Assembly: GCA_030829545.1 (NCBI GenBank) | Contig: JAURAI010000005.1 | Coordinates: 12,088 to 76,087, forward strand | From: Poseidonia sp. | Lineage (GTDB): Archaea; Thermoplasmatota; Poseidoniia; Poseidoniales; Poseidoniaceae | Length of the DNA: 64,000 nucleotides | Direction of reading: 5' to 3' | In this document: positions 1 to 9,608 of the stretch, in pieces | Position numbering within the stretch: the first letter of the stretch is position 1 | How the letters are laid out: the number at the start of each line of letters is the position of its first letter | The notes under the pieces: model-generated | Told to the model about the DNA's origin: nothing | What the model saw: the letters and a program-made list of their open reading frames with translations, nothing else | Database searches by the model: none | Position numbers and translations under genes: made by a program

Positions 1-993
1 TTTAGTCAACTCGGCGACCCATCAACCCTCTCTCAACAGGCCAATCTGATGTGTTGGGCAGAGGGTACGGACGATGCTGGATGGGAACTTACTTCTGAGG
101 TGGGTAACAGTGAATTTGACCCTTGGTTGGAAGCACCTCTGAATAATATCGGACCGGATTTGGCTCTCGAAAAGGTCGAACTGACTCAGGAAGTTGCTGC
201 CGGCGAAAACGTTCGCCTCTCCTTCTTTGTGGTCAATGAAGGCGAAACCATTGATTCAGCATTCAACGTGAGTATTGAACTTGTTCAAGGTGAAAAGAGG
301 ACCCTCATTGGCCGTTCTATATTTACTTCAATGGATGAAAATACTGCCAAATCAGTGAAACGCTCCTTTGATGCACCCGACGGTACATGGTCGATTGAAA
401 TCACGGTTGACCAAGAGGGATTGATTTGGGAAATCGATGAAACCAACAACATGTGGGTCACGACACAAAGCAGCGAATCCGGAGGATTTGGTGCTGTCAT
501 CATAGCGGGTGGTGGAATCTCCATTCTTGTTCTCGCAGGTGCCTTTGTCATGCTTCGACGACGACAGGCAACCCCCGTTGATGAAGCGAAAATTGTTGCT
601 GCCTTGGGCCCTACTTCGGGACCTGGAGGAGCACCCCCTACACCTGAAGCACCTGCAAAACGCCGTGGCCCTCCTGGCGGAAAAATATCCACCACGCCGG
701 GTCAAAAACCTTCGAAGGGACCACCACGAGGCCCGCCAAAGTCCTCGGCTCCCGTTGAGGAGATCTCGCCTCAAGCCACTGCTGCTCTGTACATGGACGC
801 ACTTGGTCCGGCAACCACTGAGGCGAGTCACGAAGCGGTGAGCAGTGAAACCCATGCTTCCGACTATTCGCAACTTCCCGGAGGCGGTGAGTATGAATAT
901 ACCCCCGATGCCACCTACTACGTCGGCGCAACATGCGGCCGATGGATTCTCAATGAAGACAAATCATTCACACGGCTTCCCGATGAAGCATGA
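1..993 (+). CDS. C-terminal part of a large cell-surface protein (5' end outside window): CARDB-type domain, single TM anchor, Pro-rich cytoplasmic tail
   Basis: Frame 1 has no stop from nt 1 to the listed ATG at 49, so the ORF enters from upstream. The translation carries the CARDB-like pattern GENVRLSFFVVNEGE...WEIDETNNMW. A hydrophobic segment FGAVIIAGGGISILVLAGAFVML follows, then RRRQ and a P/G-rich tail. Confidence 0.6.
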   Translation, partial: FSQLGDPSTLSQQANLMCWAEGTDDAGWELTSEVGNSEFDPWLEAPLNNIGPDLALEKVELTQEVAAGENVRLSFFVVNEGETIDSAFNVSIELVQGEKRTLIGRSIFTSMDENTAKSVKRSFDAPDGTWSIEITVDQEGLIWEIDETNNMWVTTQSSESGGFGAVIIAGGGISILVLAGAFVMLRRRQATPVDEAKIVAALGPTSGPGGAPPTPEAPAKRRGPPGGKISTTPGQKPSKGPPRGPPKSSAPVEEISPQATAALYMDALGPATTEASHEAVSSETHASDYSQLPGGGEYEYTPDATYYVGATCGRWILNEDKSFTRLPDEA

Positions 994-1021
994 AGCCTAT
1001 CTTGATGAAGGCTGACTGGTT

Positions 1022-1606
1022 GTGCATGTCATGAGCGAAGCGGCCAACGATGTACGCCGCGTTCTCACCATCGCATTCAGAGGGCGAGATTCAATCGGTC
1101 AAATGGACTTGGAGCGTTTTCTCTCTTTCGACATGGAATGGGTTGCGCCCCATGAAGCAGAACAAGCCGTTCAGTCACTCATCAAGAAGGGGTGGTTGAA
1201 CCTCGTAGAAGGAGCATTGAGCCTTTCAGTCGCATTGGGAGATATCACTGTTCCATTGGGATGGTTTCCACGCCCGTCACGATTGCTCAATCCAGTTGAT
1301 GCGCTTGATGGAGACAGCGAGCCATCGCCGGCTCCCAAGCAGGCTGCCTCGAAGAAACATGCACCACCTGCCCCTAACGTCAAACCACTGACAGGAGATT
1401 TGACCGACCCACGTGAGCGACTCACACAACGCCTCGTGAAATTCATCGCTCGCAAGAGTGGCTTAGAAGCAAGTGAATTGCAACGAAGAGCTGAGCGAAA
1501 AATTTCTGCCTTCCACAACATCACGCCATGGCTCGCATACGCCTTGGTCGCAAGAGAACAAGGGTTGGCGATGCAGGACATTGTCGATGCATTAGCGGTC
1601 GTCTAA
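1022..1606 (+). CDS. Hypothetical protein, possibly DUF2240-like (archaeal)
   Basis: 194-aa ORF with a GTG start. It has two helical-looking halves joined by a Pro/Lys linker (PSPAPKQAASKKHAPPAPNVKP). The resemblance to DUF2240 is from memory only, and no catalytic motif is visible. Confidence 0.4.
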   Translation: MHVMSEAANDVRRVLTIAFRGRDSIGQMDLERFLSFDMEWVAPHEAEQAVQSLIKKGWLNLVEGALSLSVALGDITVPLGWFPRPSRLLNPVDALDGDSEPSPAPKQAASKKHAPPAPNVKPLTGDLTDPRERLTQRLVKFIARKSGLEASELQRRAERKISAFHNITPWLAYALVAREQGLAMQDIVDALAVV

Positions 1607-1608
1607 GT

Positions 1609-4209
1609 TCAATCTTCATCGAATTCGATGGTTGATTCTTTTCCACGAGCTGCCAATTCTACGAGGACCGGCAGCACCATCACTGCAAGAATCAATGAGA
1701 AGAGAACGGTAATCGCCGTGATAAGTCCGAAGTCTTGAATCACTGGCATGGGTGAGAACAGCAAAACAGCGAAGCCAGCCATTGTTGTAACAGCACTGAG
1801 CATCAATGCAACACCCGTGGTGTTGAGTGCTGCGCGTAGGGCTTCCCAGTGGTCGCCACGCTTGGATAATTCAACCTCAAAGCGTCTCCACATGTGAATG
1901 GAATAATCAATTCCTATGCCCAATGTTAACGCCGTAACCATCACTGTGAGCACGTTCCATTTCAAACCAATGAGTGCCATTGAACCGACAACCCATAGCG
2001 AAGCGATCCCCACGGGGAAAAGGACGATGACGGCTGGCATGATACGGCGAGTAAGGATGAAGAGAACGAGGAATGAAACTGTCAGGGAGATGGCAGTACT
2101 CTCAATTTGGGTCACACTCAATCCATCCAGTACGGTTTGGAGCATGACCAGGTCTCCTGTGACATGAAGCACAGCATGGTCTTTGAGTTCGTACGTGAGC
2201 GTACCAGAATCTTCGGTTGAGCCTAATATTTCGATGAAGTTCTCAACCACACGGTCGGATTCAACCGAAGTAGAGGCTTCAACCCTCACTTCATGGCGCA
2301 GATAGGTGATTCCATTGTCTTCGAGATACACTGAATTGGCCAACCGCTCGTCCCACGACTCACCTGTCAGCGGGTCTGCAGTGCTGGTATTACCTGCAAG
2401 TGCTGCGAAAAACAGTCCCAAGTCCACGGGTTGTTCTCGGTCAATGGAGTAGACCTCACCAGCAAAGACCTCCATGTTGTGTGCTTGCCCGAGACTTTCG
2501 TTACGCAAGATTGCATCACGGATGAGCGGATATGGACCTTCGTAGGAAGGAGAAGAAATTCTGAAATTTGTCCCCACAACATCGTTATTTGACTGGAGGT
2601 CTGAATGTAAATTGCGTAATTCACTCAACAAATCGTCGTCGCCCGGTATTGCAGATTCGCCAGCAGCAGGTTCCATCAAAATGTGAATGATCTTCCACCC
2701 TGCACTCTCATAACTCTCGTCAAGCGCATCCCGTACGGTCATAATTTCCATTTCTTGGTCCACGAAGTCTCCGAGGTCAAAGTCAGTCTCAAGGGAGGCT
2801 GCTCCATAAATCGACAATCCTGAGATCAGCAAGGTGACCAGCAAGACACCGACTTGTTGCTTTTGTTGAACTTTCAGGATTTGACTTGAAAGAATTGGTA
2901 GTGTGAGAGATGCAGGAACAGGCCTTCGTTCCTTTCCATCGAACATCACGTGCAAGGCACCAACGAAAATCGTTGATGAGAGGAAGGCGCATATGACGCC
3001 GAGGGAGAGTGCATAGCCCAAGGTCGCAAGCGGAGGCAATGGAGAGATAATGTTCGCAAGGAAGGCTGCTACTGTCGTTACAACCGCCAGACTGAGGGGG
3101 ATGGACAAATGGCCAACCGCACGAAGCCACGACTCCGCTGCGTCAGGGAATTCATCGGTGTAGGAGCGTTGTGAACGTTGCAGATGAATAGCGTAGTCAA
3201 TGCCCAAGCCAAGAACAAGCGGGGCAACAGTGGCCTCAAGCGCTGTGAATCGTGCACCAGCTACATTGAGGATTCCATAGGTCCAAATCAGGGCACTTGA
3301 GAGTCCAATAATTGGAAAAACAACCAGTTTAACAGACCTAAATGCGATACTGAGCATCAAGACCAAAACGATGAATGCCAGTACAACAAGGAAGATTAAA
3401 TTGTCAAAGGTGCCCTCATCAATATCATGAGCCAAAAGGTCATTCGAGATGACTTCATAATTCAACACTGATGTTTCAGAACGCTCGTTGAAGACCGTCC
3501 TCAATTGGTCTTGCAATTCCCTTCGTACTTGTTCCTCAAGTTCAGGATTGACTTCCAGTACCCAGAGCGTTGATGATGCTTTTGGCGTAGCTAATCCAGT
3601 CCCATCGCTCAAGTAAGTACATACTTCTTCATAATCCAAATCCTGATTTAACAAGGCAGACGATGCATAGGTTGCAGCTGAAAGAAGTTGGTCATCAGCA
3701 GTAAGCCCACATGTTTCGTTCTCGTCAAAGAGAAGGTCAGTGACCTCCTTCCATCCCGATAAAGATGCAAGTTCTTCTCCATTGGCTTCTTCATCAAGGC
3801 TCAGCTGAACGATGCCTGGTGCAGTGGTCCAAACCTGAACGAAATTTTGCCGTTTTACGGATTCATTCTGGAAGTGAAGCAGGTCCTCATGCATCGACTT
3901 GATGTGGTCAAAGGCCAACACGTTGGACCCGTCGTCGGCTGTCACATGAACGAAGAGTGGGCGTGTTTCATCGGGGAAAAATTCGTGAATTCGATCGTGA
4001 GCAATCGAGGCGTCAGACTCCGGTGCAAAATCATTGAGATCTGTTTGAAAGGTGGGCGGAGAAACATAGAGTTGACCCGCGAGAAGGAGTGTGACGATGG
4101 TGAAAAAAACCACGATATACGGCGAAGCCTGCTTGAATTGAGGCGCTCGTTGGGCCAAGCGTTCCTCAAGGCCCCCCGTATCCATGAACCTCCTCGGCAA
4201 AGATGGCAT
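1609..4209 (-). CDS. RND/MMPL-superfamily membrane exporter
   Basis: 866 aa with two hydrophobic bundles. Each contains the MMPL/SSD-type motif (LGLGIDYAIHLQR and LGIGIDYSIHMWRR). Two large hydrophilic loops separate the bundles. Confidence 0.8.
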   Translation of the reverse strand: MPSLPRRFMDTGGLEERLAQRAPQFKQASPYIVVFFTIVTLLLAGQLYVSPPTFQTDLNDFAPESDASIAHDRIHEFFPDETRPLFVHVTADDGSNVLAFDHIKSMHEDLLHFQNESVKRQNFVQVWTTAPGIVQLSLDEEANGEELASLSGWKEVTDLLFDENETCGLTADDQLLSAATYASSALLNQDLDYEEVCTYLSDGTGLATPKASSTLWVLEVNPELEEQVRRELQDQLRTVFNERSETSVLNYEVISNDLLAHDIDEGTFDNLIFLVVLAFIVLVLMLSIAFRSVKLVVFPIIGLSSALIWTYGILNVAGARFTALEATVAPLVLGLGIDYAIHLQRSQRSYTDEFPDAAESWLRAVGHLSIPLSLAVVTTVAAFLANIISPLPPLATLGYALSLGVICAFLSSTIFVGALHVMFDGKERRPVPASLTLPILSSQILKVQQKQQVGVLLVTLLISGLSIYGAASLETDFDLGDFVDQEMEIMTVRDALDESYESAGWKIIHILMEPAAGESAIPGDDDLLSELRNLHSDLQSNNDVVGTNFRISSPSYEGPYPLIRDAILRNESLGQAHNMEVFAGEVYSIDREQPVDLGLFFAALAGNTSTADPLTGESWDERLANSVYLEDNGITYLRHEVRVEASTSVESDRVVENFIEILGSTEDSGTLTYELKDHAVLHVTGDLVMLQTVLDGLSVTQIESTAISLTVSFLVLFILTRRIMPAVIVLFPVGIASLWVVGSMALIGLKWNVLTVMVTALTLGIGIDYSIHMWRRFEVELSKRGDHWEALRAALNTTGVALMLSAVTTMAGFAVLLFSPMPVIQDFGLITAITVLFSLILAVMVLPVLVELAARGKESTIEFDED

Positions 4210-4329
4210 AAAAAGAAGCAGGGTTTTCTGCTATCGAGCCTCCCCTCTTTGCAATGATTCAATACCCAACCAAGTGACCCTTTGAGGAGAAGGTTCAAAA
4301 CGAGTTGACTGGTGGGCAGGACGGTTAAC

Positions 4330-4587
4330 ATGTCAGTGACAGTGCTCAAGAAAGAGAAGAACGAACTCCGACTTCGCATTATCGGCGAGAGTCATACCGC
4401 TCTCCAAGTCCTCCGTCAGCGATTGAACGCTCACAAAGACGTTGATTACGCCAACTACTTTCCTGGCCACCCAGAACTTGATGACCCCGAGTTTTACATT
4501 CGCACAACATCCAAGTCCGGTGTTGACAAAGTCTTGAATGAAATCATCGGTGGAGTTTCCTCTGAATTCAAAGAAGCCACCCTCTGA
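4330..4587 (+). CDS. rpoL: DNA-directed RNA polymerase subunit L (Rpo11)
   Basis: MSVTVLKKEKNELRLRIIGESHTALQVLRQRL...YFPGHPELDDPEFYIRT matches the subunit L pattern (E.N.L...I.GEDHT, HP..D.P). I prefer the ATG at 4330 over the listed GTG at 4312. Confidence 0.75.
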   Translation: MSVTVLKKEKNELRLRIIGESHTALQVLRQRLNAHKDVDYANYFPGHPELDDPEFYIRTTSKSGVDKVLNEIIGGVSSEFKEATL

Positions 4588-4600
4588 AGAGGTGGCTGTC

Positions 4601-5995
4601 ATGGTTGACGCCGTTGCAAAGGTGATTGGTCTTCTGGGCTATGCCACAAAGACCGAAGGCATTGGCGGCTTGATCAAAGCAAGAGTGACTGATTTTCGAG
4701 TTGAGGAGATCGCTACACCGGTTCATCTTGACAACCGTGGACGATTCACGGCTGCCAAGGTAACTTTGACCAATTGGGAAACCAACCGCTTTTGCAATCA
4801 ACTTGCTGCAAAGTTGAAAATCCCGCGCAATCGAATCTTCTTCGCAGGAACGAAAGACAAGCGTGCGGTTACCTCACAACTCTTCGTCATCGATGCACCT
4901 ATGAATAAAGTGGCCGCGGTTGAATTACCCGATGTCGAAATTGAAGTTTTGGGCAGGACACACCAGAAAATAGGCTTTGGAAATCACCGTGGCAATCGCT
5001 TCACTATCGTGGTTCGTGGTTGCTGTGACGCCGATGGAAATCCACTCAGCAATGAAGATGCGCTGGCCGAAGTTCATCGTATTCAACATGAGATGGAAGC
5101 CTCTCTTGGCGCCAACAGATTCCCCAACTGGATTGGACCACAGCGCTTTGGTTCAGGCCGCCCAGTAACTCCAGTTGTTGGTCGTCATGCTGTCAATCAG
5201 GACTGGAAAGAAGCGGTCATGACCTATCTCGGCATGGAAGGTGTATCTGAAGAAGAAGAAGCTCAACATGTTCGCCAGTACATTCGAGAGAAAGGGGTTG
5301 ACGAATCATTGCTTGAAAAATTGCCTCGGTGGATGGGATTTGAGCGACGTATGATCGAACATCTCCTCGCACACCCTGATGACTATACTGGAGCCTTCAA
5401 AAAATTGCCTGCAAACCTCCAACTCATGACCGTCCACGCACTCCAATCCATTGTATTCAACAAATCCCTGCATCGTCGTCTTGAAGCAGGCCTGCCACTT
5501 TCAACACCGGTTGTTGGCGACATTGTGGGCCGCATCGACGAAAAGGGACAGTTGGACGTGAAGTCCTGCGTCACCGTCGAAGCCCGGACCCTCAGTAGAA
5601 TTTCACGGAATTGTGAGATTGAACGTTTGACTCCAACAGGACCGCTTCCTGGCAGCGATATTACAACGTCAAATGGCGAGCCTGGACAACACGAACAGGA
5701 CATTCTCAAGGAGGAGGGTTTGGACACCGTCACGTGGCATATTGAAGACATCCCTCGCCTCTCAACGAAAGGCACGCGAAGAGGTCTGGTATCACAATTC
5801 ACTGAATTCACAGTCGACACCGTGGCAAAAGCCGATGGCTCAACCATGGGAAAGCGTTGGGAAGAAGGACCAACTGATGAGACACGATGGCATCCTGAAG
5901 GTGCCTGTATCCGATTCCGATTCACGTTGAGTTCGGGGAGTTATGCAACTGTCCTGCTAAGAGAATTCATGCAAGCGCCCGTTTCACAGATGTGA
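4601..5995 (+). CDS. truD: tRNA pseudouridine synthase TruD/Pus7 family
   Basis: Contains FFAGTKDKRAVTSQ, the catalytic GxKDxxA block of TruD. The ATG at 4601 is preceded by GAGGTGG and lies just after the rpoL stop; the listed start at 4538 overlaps rpoL. Confidence 0.85.
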   Translation: MVDAVAKVIGLLGYATKTEGIGGLIKARVTDFRVEEIATPVHLDNRGRFTAAKVTLTNWETNRFCNQLAAKLKIPRNRIFFAGTKDKRAVTSQLFVIDAPMNKVAAVELPDVEIEVLGRTHQKIGFGNHRGNRFTIVVRGCCDADGNPLSNEDALAEVHRIQHEMEASLGANRFPNWIGPQRFGSGRPVTPVVGRHAVNQDWKEAVMTYLGMEGVSEEEEAQHVRQYIREKGVDESLLEKLPRWMGFERRMIEHLLAHPDDYTGAFKKLPANLQLMTVHALQSIVFNKSLHRRLEAGLPLSTPVVGDIVGRIDEKGQLDVKSCVTVEARTLSRISRNCEIERLTPTGPLPGSDITTSNGEPGQHEQDILKEEGLDTVTWHIEDIPRLSTKGTRRGLVSQFTEFTVDTVAKADGSTMGKRWEEGPTDETRWHPEGACIRFRFTLSSGSYATVLLREFMQAPVSQM

Positions 5996-6002
5996 AAGTA
6001 GT

Positions 6003-6275
6003 TCAAATCAAGCCCATTGAGAGGACTTCGATTTCTCCGACACCGTGAATGGCTGACATCTGAGCCTCAAAGGCATCTGCGAGTCCTTCGCCATCGTTCA
6101 TCTTGACGTGGACTTGAACGAACTTGAGACCGAAAGCAAGAGGCTTGGTCTCAATTTGTTGAATATCGTAGGTTTCGTTACGTAGACCGCCAATGGATTC
6201 TGCAATCGCATCGGTGTCCACATCTTCGAGATCCGAATCCGGATTTACCTTGTATGTCATGACTACCATACCCAT
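6003..6275 (-). CDS. ef1b: Translation elongation factor 1-beta (aEF-1beta)
   Basis: 90 aa: MGMVVMTYKVNPDSD...IETKPLAFGLKFVQVHVKMNDGEG...VGEIEVLSMGLI. Size and pattern are typical of aEF-1beta. Confidence 0.85.
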   Translation of the reverse strand: MGMVVMTYKVNPDSDLEDVDTDAIAESIGGLRNETYDIQQIETKPLAFGLKFVQVHVKMNDGEGLADAFEAQMSAIHGVGEIEVLSMGLI

Positions 6276-6284
6276 ACAATCACC

Positions 6285-6452
6285 TCAGGGTCCAACGAAG
6301 CCACAGTTCGGGCACTTGTAGGGTACGCCTTGGTTGCGCACACGGGGGCTACGTCCAATGGGCTTGAAGCACCCAGGACATGGAAAAGTGGTTGAACCGG
6401 CTTCAGCCAGGGGAATGCCAGATGATGTGCAGTGGGTCGCTCGTTCACTCAT
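6285..6452 (-). CDS. Zn-ribbon RNA-binding protein (translation-associated, COG2888-like)
   Basis: Carries CPGC...CPNCG. It sits directly upstream of ef1b, which is the usual archaeal arrangement. I prefer the ATG at 6452 (MSERATHC...) over the GTG at 6479. Confidence 0.6.
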   Translation of the reverse strand: MSERATHCTSSGIPLAEAGSTTFPCPGCFKPIGRSPRVRNQGVPYKCPNCGFVGP

Positions 6453-6518
6453 GGATAGGCCTCGTAACGACTCTGCCACGCCCTCCCCTTCTTTATGGTT
6501 GCGTGAGCCTCAGACTAC

Positions 6519-6860
6519 TCACTCCCCTTCAAAACGCTGTATGATTGAGATTCGCCCGTGCCGACCTGTACTGACCACCAACGCCCCGTCACGTGACCGA
6601 CACCATCCCGATTCAAGACGAATAACATCACCAACACGAATGGCATCAATCTGTTCGTTCCACAACACCAGTCCGACCAATCCCGTAGCGTCACGACCGC
6701 AGGCCGCTGCTACGGGTCCTGTATATCGAGGGGACACGATCAAGCGTTGCGGGTAGATTCGCAAAACTACCATCTCCAAATCCTTCACGGGTGTATTCGG
6801 ACGTAAATTTGCGATGCTTCGAGCTGGTGTTGGCCAATCATGTGGTTGTTGTGATGACAT
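6519..6860 (-). CDS. Small OB-fold nucleic-acid-binding protein (predicted)
   Basis: 113 aa. The beta-rich pattern VKDLEMVVLRIYPQRLI...GLVGLVLWNEQIDAIRVGDVIRLESGW resembles single-OB ssDNA/RNA-binding proteins. It lies in the ef1b/rlmE translation cluster. Confidence 0.45.
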   Translation of the reverse strand: MSSQQPHDWPTPARSIANLRPNTPVKDLEMVVLRIYPQRLIVSPRYTGPVAAACGRDATGLVGLVLWNEQIDAIRVGDVIRLESGWCRSRDGALVVSTGRHGRISIIQRFEGE

Positions 6861-6895
6861 GAAGCAATGGGTTCACTTCAACCCACTTCAAACAA

Positions 6896-7672
6896 TCAGT
6901 CGGATTTCTTACGACGAACAGAAAACGTGGAGGCCATTGGTTCGGGGCCTTCCTTAATTTCATCTCCGCCCACGAGGTGGTTCACACCTTGTTCATAGCG
7001 CTCTCGTACTGACAATGTTGGTGCTTTCCATGGCGTATGGTTACGACAGATGAGATAGACCTCGGAAGACGAGTTCCTTGATGCATCCGGTGAATACCTG
7101 CGCACGGTTGAAAAATGAGGACGAACCGCTTCAATCAGTTCTTCAACACCGATGCCTTGGAATAGTTTTGTCGTGAAACAACCGCCTTTTTTGAGAAGAG
7201 GGAGGGAGAAGTCAAACACATCAGCGACCAACGTCATAGCGACAGATTGGTCCATGTCCCATTTGCCAGTAATATCGGGAGAAATGTCCGAGATGATTAC
7301 ATTGAGGCGTTCCCCACCTAATTCACCAAGGATTCGCTCTTGTGTGATTGATTCAGTGATGTCGCCGGTTAGCAAGACCGCCCCCTCGACTGGCTGGCAT
7401 GGGAGCAGGTCAACACCAACTACATGCCCTTCACTTCCGACGAGTTCAACAGCGACTTGCGCCCACCCGCCGGGGTGGCAGCCAACATCGAGGACTAAAT
7501 CGCCTTCACGGACAAGGCCAAACCGTTCCTGAATTTGCTTCAATTTGAAGGCTGAACGAGCACGGTAGCCACTGGCCTTGGCTTGACGACGCCAGGAATC
7601 ACGCTTGTGATTCTCAATCCAGTGGTCTGCCAATATTGCTCCCTCTAGCTTCTGTGAGGACCTCGCCCTCAT
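6896..7672 (-). CDS. rlmE: 23S rRNA (uridine-2'-O)-methyltransferase RlmE/FtsJ
   Basis: Contains GYRARSAFKLKQIQERFGLVREGDLVLDVGCHPGGWAQVA and ISDISPDITG (SAM-MTase, FtsJ pattern). I chose the internal ATG at 7672. The listed 311-aa form adds a non-homologous N-terminal extension. Confidence 0.85.
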   Translation of the reverse strand: MRARSSQKLEGAILADHWIENHKRDSWRRQAKASGYRARSAFKLKQIQERFGLVREGDLVLDVGCHPGGWAQVAVELVGSEGHVVGVDLLPCQPVEGAVLLTGDITESITQERILGELGGERLNVIISDISPDITGKWDMDQSVAMTLVADVFDFSLPLLKKGGCFTTKLFQGIGVEELIEAVRPHFSTVRRYSPDASRNSSSEVYLICRNHTPWKAPTLSVRERYEQGVNHLVGGDEIKEGPEPMASTFSVRRKKSD

Positions 7673-7735
7673 CAACCCTTTCTCCTTAACCCCTTCAAAG
7701 CAAGCAATCAAGGCAGGGGAGGAACTGGGCGGAGC

Positions 7736-8692
7736 ATGCATCGCAGGTACAACTCGCGCAGTGGTTCTCCCCTGTGCTTGTTCTTTCTTGTATTCATGGT
7801 GCTCAGTTTGCCCTGGGCACCTACCAGTCAAGGCCGTGTTGTGAGCCTTGAAACCTCATTTGAGGAGCCAGTCAGCAGCGGACTTGGAGGCAGGACGCTC
7901 TTGGTGGAGGAAGTGACGGCTACCTGGTGTCCAACATGTGCGAACATTGATCCCGAACTGTTCCAAGTCGCAGATAGCCATGGGTCTCGGATTGCACTCA
8001 TCGCTTTGCACCCCAGTGATGGAGAAGATGCTTTTCAACCCGAAGCCAGCCAGTCTCGGATTGAACGCTTGAAAACAATTCAATCTGATGTTGCTGATTC
8101 AACTCCAACATTTGTTGTTGAGGCAGGAATTCCACGAAAGGGATACGATGCTTGGAACGATGTGCAACGTGACATCCTAAACACCGAGTTAACGAGGCAG
8201 TCAACCAGCCAACTGGAGTTTGAAGTGGTCAAAACCGAAGAGGGGTATCGTGCCTCAATCACAACGGCGTCCCTGGTAGAGGCAGAAGGAAGCCAACTTA
8301 CATTTATGCTCCTTCAACATGAAAAGGCAATGCCTGAAGGAGCAATCAATCCAGGAGGGGATGTTCGTGACAGAGTGCTCGTGGGCTTGGCTGAATGCAA
8401 TGTTGACAACAGCACGATCACAACAGCCATTGGATTCTTGAGTGCCGATTCAGCCACGGGATGTGAATCATCCTTGACCGTTGAATTCGAAGAGATGGAT
8501 TCATGGAGTTTGATTCTCGTTCACGAGGCGACCTTGGAATCCATCGAAGCGGGAGGGTCAACATCGACCTTTGGAGCCGTCGAGTTAGCGAAACGGCCCT
8601 TGGCGACGGTGAGCGAGACGTCTTCTGCCACATCATTGCTCCTTGGGGCCTGCGTGGCACTGAGTATTCTTGCAAGTATTCGTAAAAAGTAA
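7736..8692 (+). CDS. Secreted thioredoxin-fold protein (WCPTC) with C-terminal TM anchor
   Basis: It has an N-terminal signal-like LCLFFLVFMVLSL. The redox motif is LVEEVTATWCPTCANIDPE. The C-terminus reads SSATSLLLGACVALSILASIRKK (hydrophobic stretch plus basic end). Confidence 0.6.
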   Translation: MHRRYNSRSGSPLCLFFLVFMVLSLPWAPTSQGRVVSLETSFEEPVSSGLGGRTLLVEEVTATWCPTCANIDPELFQVADSHGSRIALIALHPSDGEDAFQPEASQSRIERLKTIQSDVADSTPTFVVEAGIPRKGYDAWNDVQRDILNTELTRQSTSQLEFEVVKTEEGYRASITTASLVEAEGSQLTFMLLQHEKAMPEGAINPGGDVRDRVLVGLAECNVDNSTITTAIGFLSADSATGCESSLTVEFEEMDSWSLILVHEATLESIEAGGSTSTFGAVELAKRPLATVSETSSATSLLLGACVALSILASIRKK

Positions 8693-8809
8693 TATTTTCG
8701 TATTGCTTTACAACTTTAGCAACTGAAATCGGTATTTGTCTTCATGAATCCGGTAATGTATCTCACATCTTGTGCAAGGTTTGATAAACTGCTCTGCCAA
8801 TGTAATACC

Positions 8810-9079
8810 ATGACAAACACATGGGAAGACGTCACTTGGGAGAAGGAACACTCACTCAAGGAATGGGTTGTAGAATACATTGCGAAGGTGAGCGAAGATT
8901 CAACTCACCATCTCACCGTGATTCACGGAGCTGATATGGAAGATGTGCAAAAGCAACTGATGCTCGAACTGAGAACAACCTACATGGAAGCCAGCGAAAT
9001 TGAGGTCACAGTTCTGAGAATGGAGGAAATCGAGACCGAACCAAATGCCTTCATGTTCAACGACACATTCACGCCCTAA
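8810..9079 (+). CDS. Hypothetical small acidic protein
   Basis: The ORF is open 8744-9079 and I prefer the ATG at 8810. Its stop overlaps the stop of the convergent gene (CTAA), matching the tight packing seen elsewhere. No recognisable motif. Confidence 0.4.
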   Translation: MTNTWEDVTWEKEHSLKEWVVEYIAKVSEDSTHHLTVIHGADMEDVQKQLMLELRTTYMEASEIEVTVLRMEEIETEPNAFMFNDTFTP

Positions 9080-9594
9080 ACCTTGTCTCTGAAGACGAGA
9101 TCGATGGTTTGACCGTCAGCGAGAATGTGGTTTTGGAAGGACTCGACCTGCTCTTGGTTTCCATCAACTGTGACAAACATCAGGAATTCTGTTGTTTCAT
9201 TAACAAGATACTCGTCAAAACCTGTTGAATCCATGTGCTTCCCCCAGATGTCGAAAAATGCTTCGAGAGGTGCGTCAACGCCCTCTTCCTTCATTTCAAT
9301 GTGAATTTTACCATCCCCGGAGTGGGTGTGAAGGGGACGCATCGAGCAACCCTCATCGTTCAAACCAACATCGTCGGGTATGGGAATGAATTCACCGTGA
9401 ACGGAGATACGCACCGTTGCATGGTAGTGCTCAGCGAGACCTCCATCGTGGCTACCAATGCATTCATTGGCAAGTGCATGTCGTTCATCAGCGGTTGAAA
9501 ACGGGGGGTCTCCGTCACTCTCACCGAGTAAAAATCCGATTGAAGCAAGTGCAGTGATGGTTACAAGCATCCAGAAGATTGTTTCTTTGTTCAT
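9076..9594 (-). CDS. Membrane-anchored/secreted 2-Cys protein of unknown function
   Basis: Signal-anchor MNKETIFWMLVTITALASIGFLLG. The block ...HYHATVRISVHGEFIPIPDDVGL...CSMRPLHTHSGDGKIHIE...FFDIWG recalls, from memory, an uncharacterised family often found near thiol-oxidoreductases. It is the last gene of the VKOR operon. Confidence 0.5.
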   Translation of the reverse strand: MNKETIFWMLVTITALASIGFLLGESDGDPPFSTADERHALANECIGSHDGGLAEHYHATVRISVHGEFIPIPDDVGLNDEGCSMRPLHTHSGDGKIHIEMKEEGVDAPLEAFFDIWGKHMDSTGFDEYLVNETTEFLMFVTVDGNQEQVESFQNHILADGQTIDLVFRDKV

Positions 9595-9608
9595 GCTCAT
9601 CACCACAC

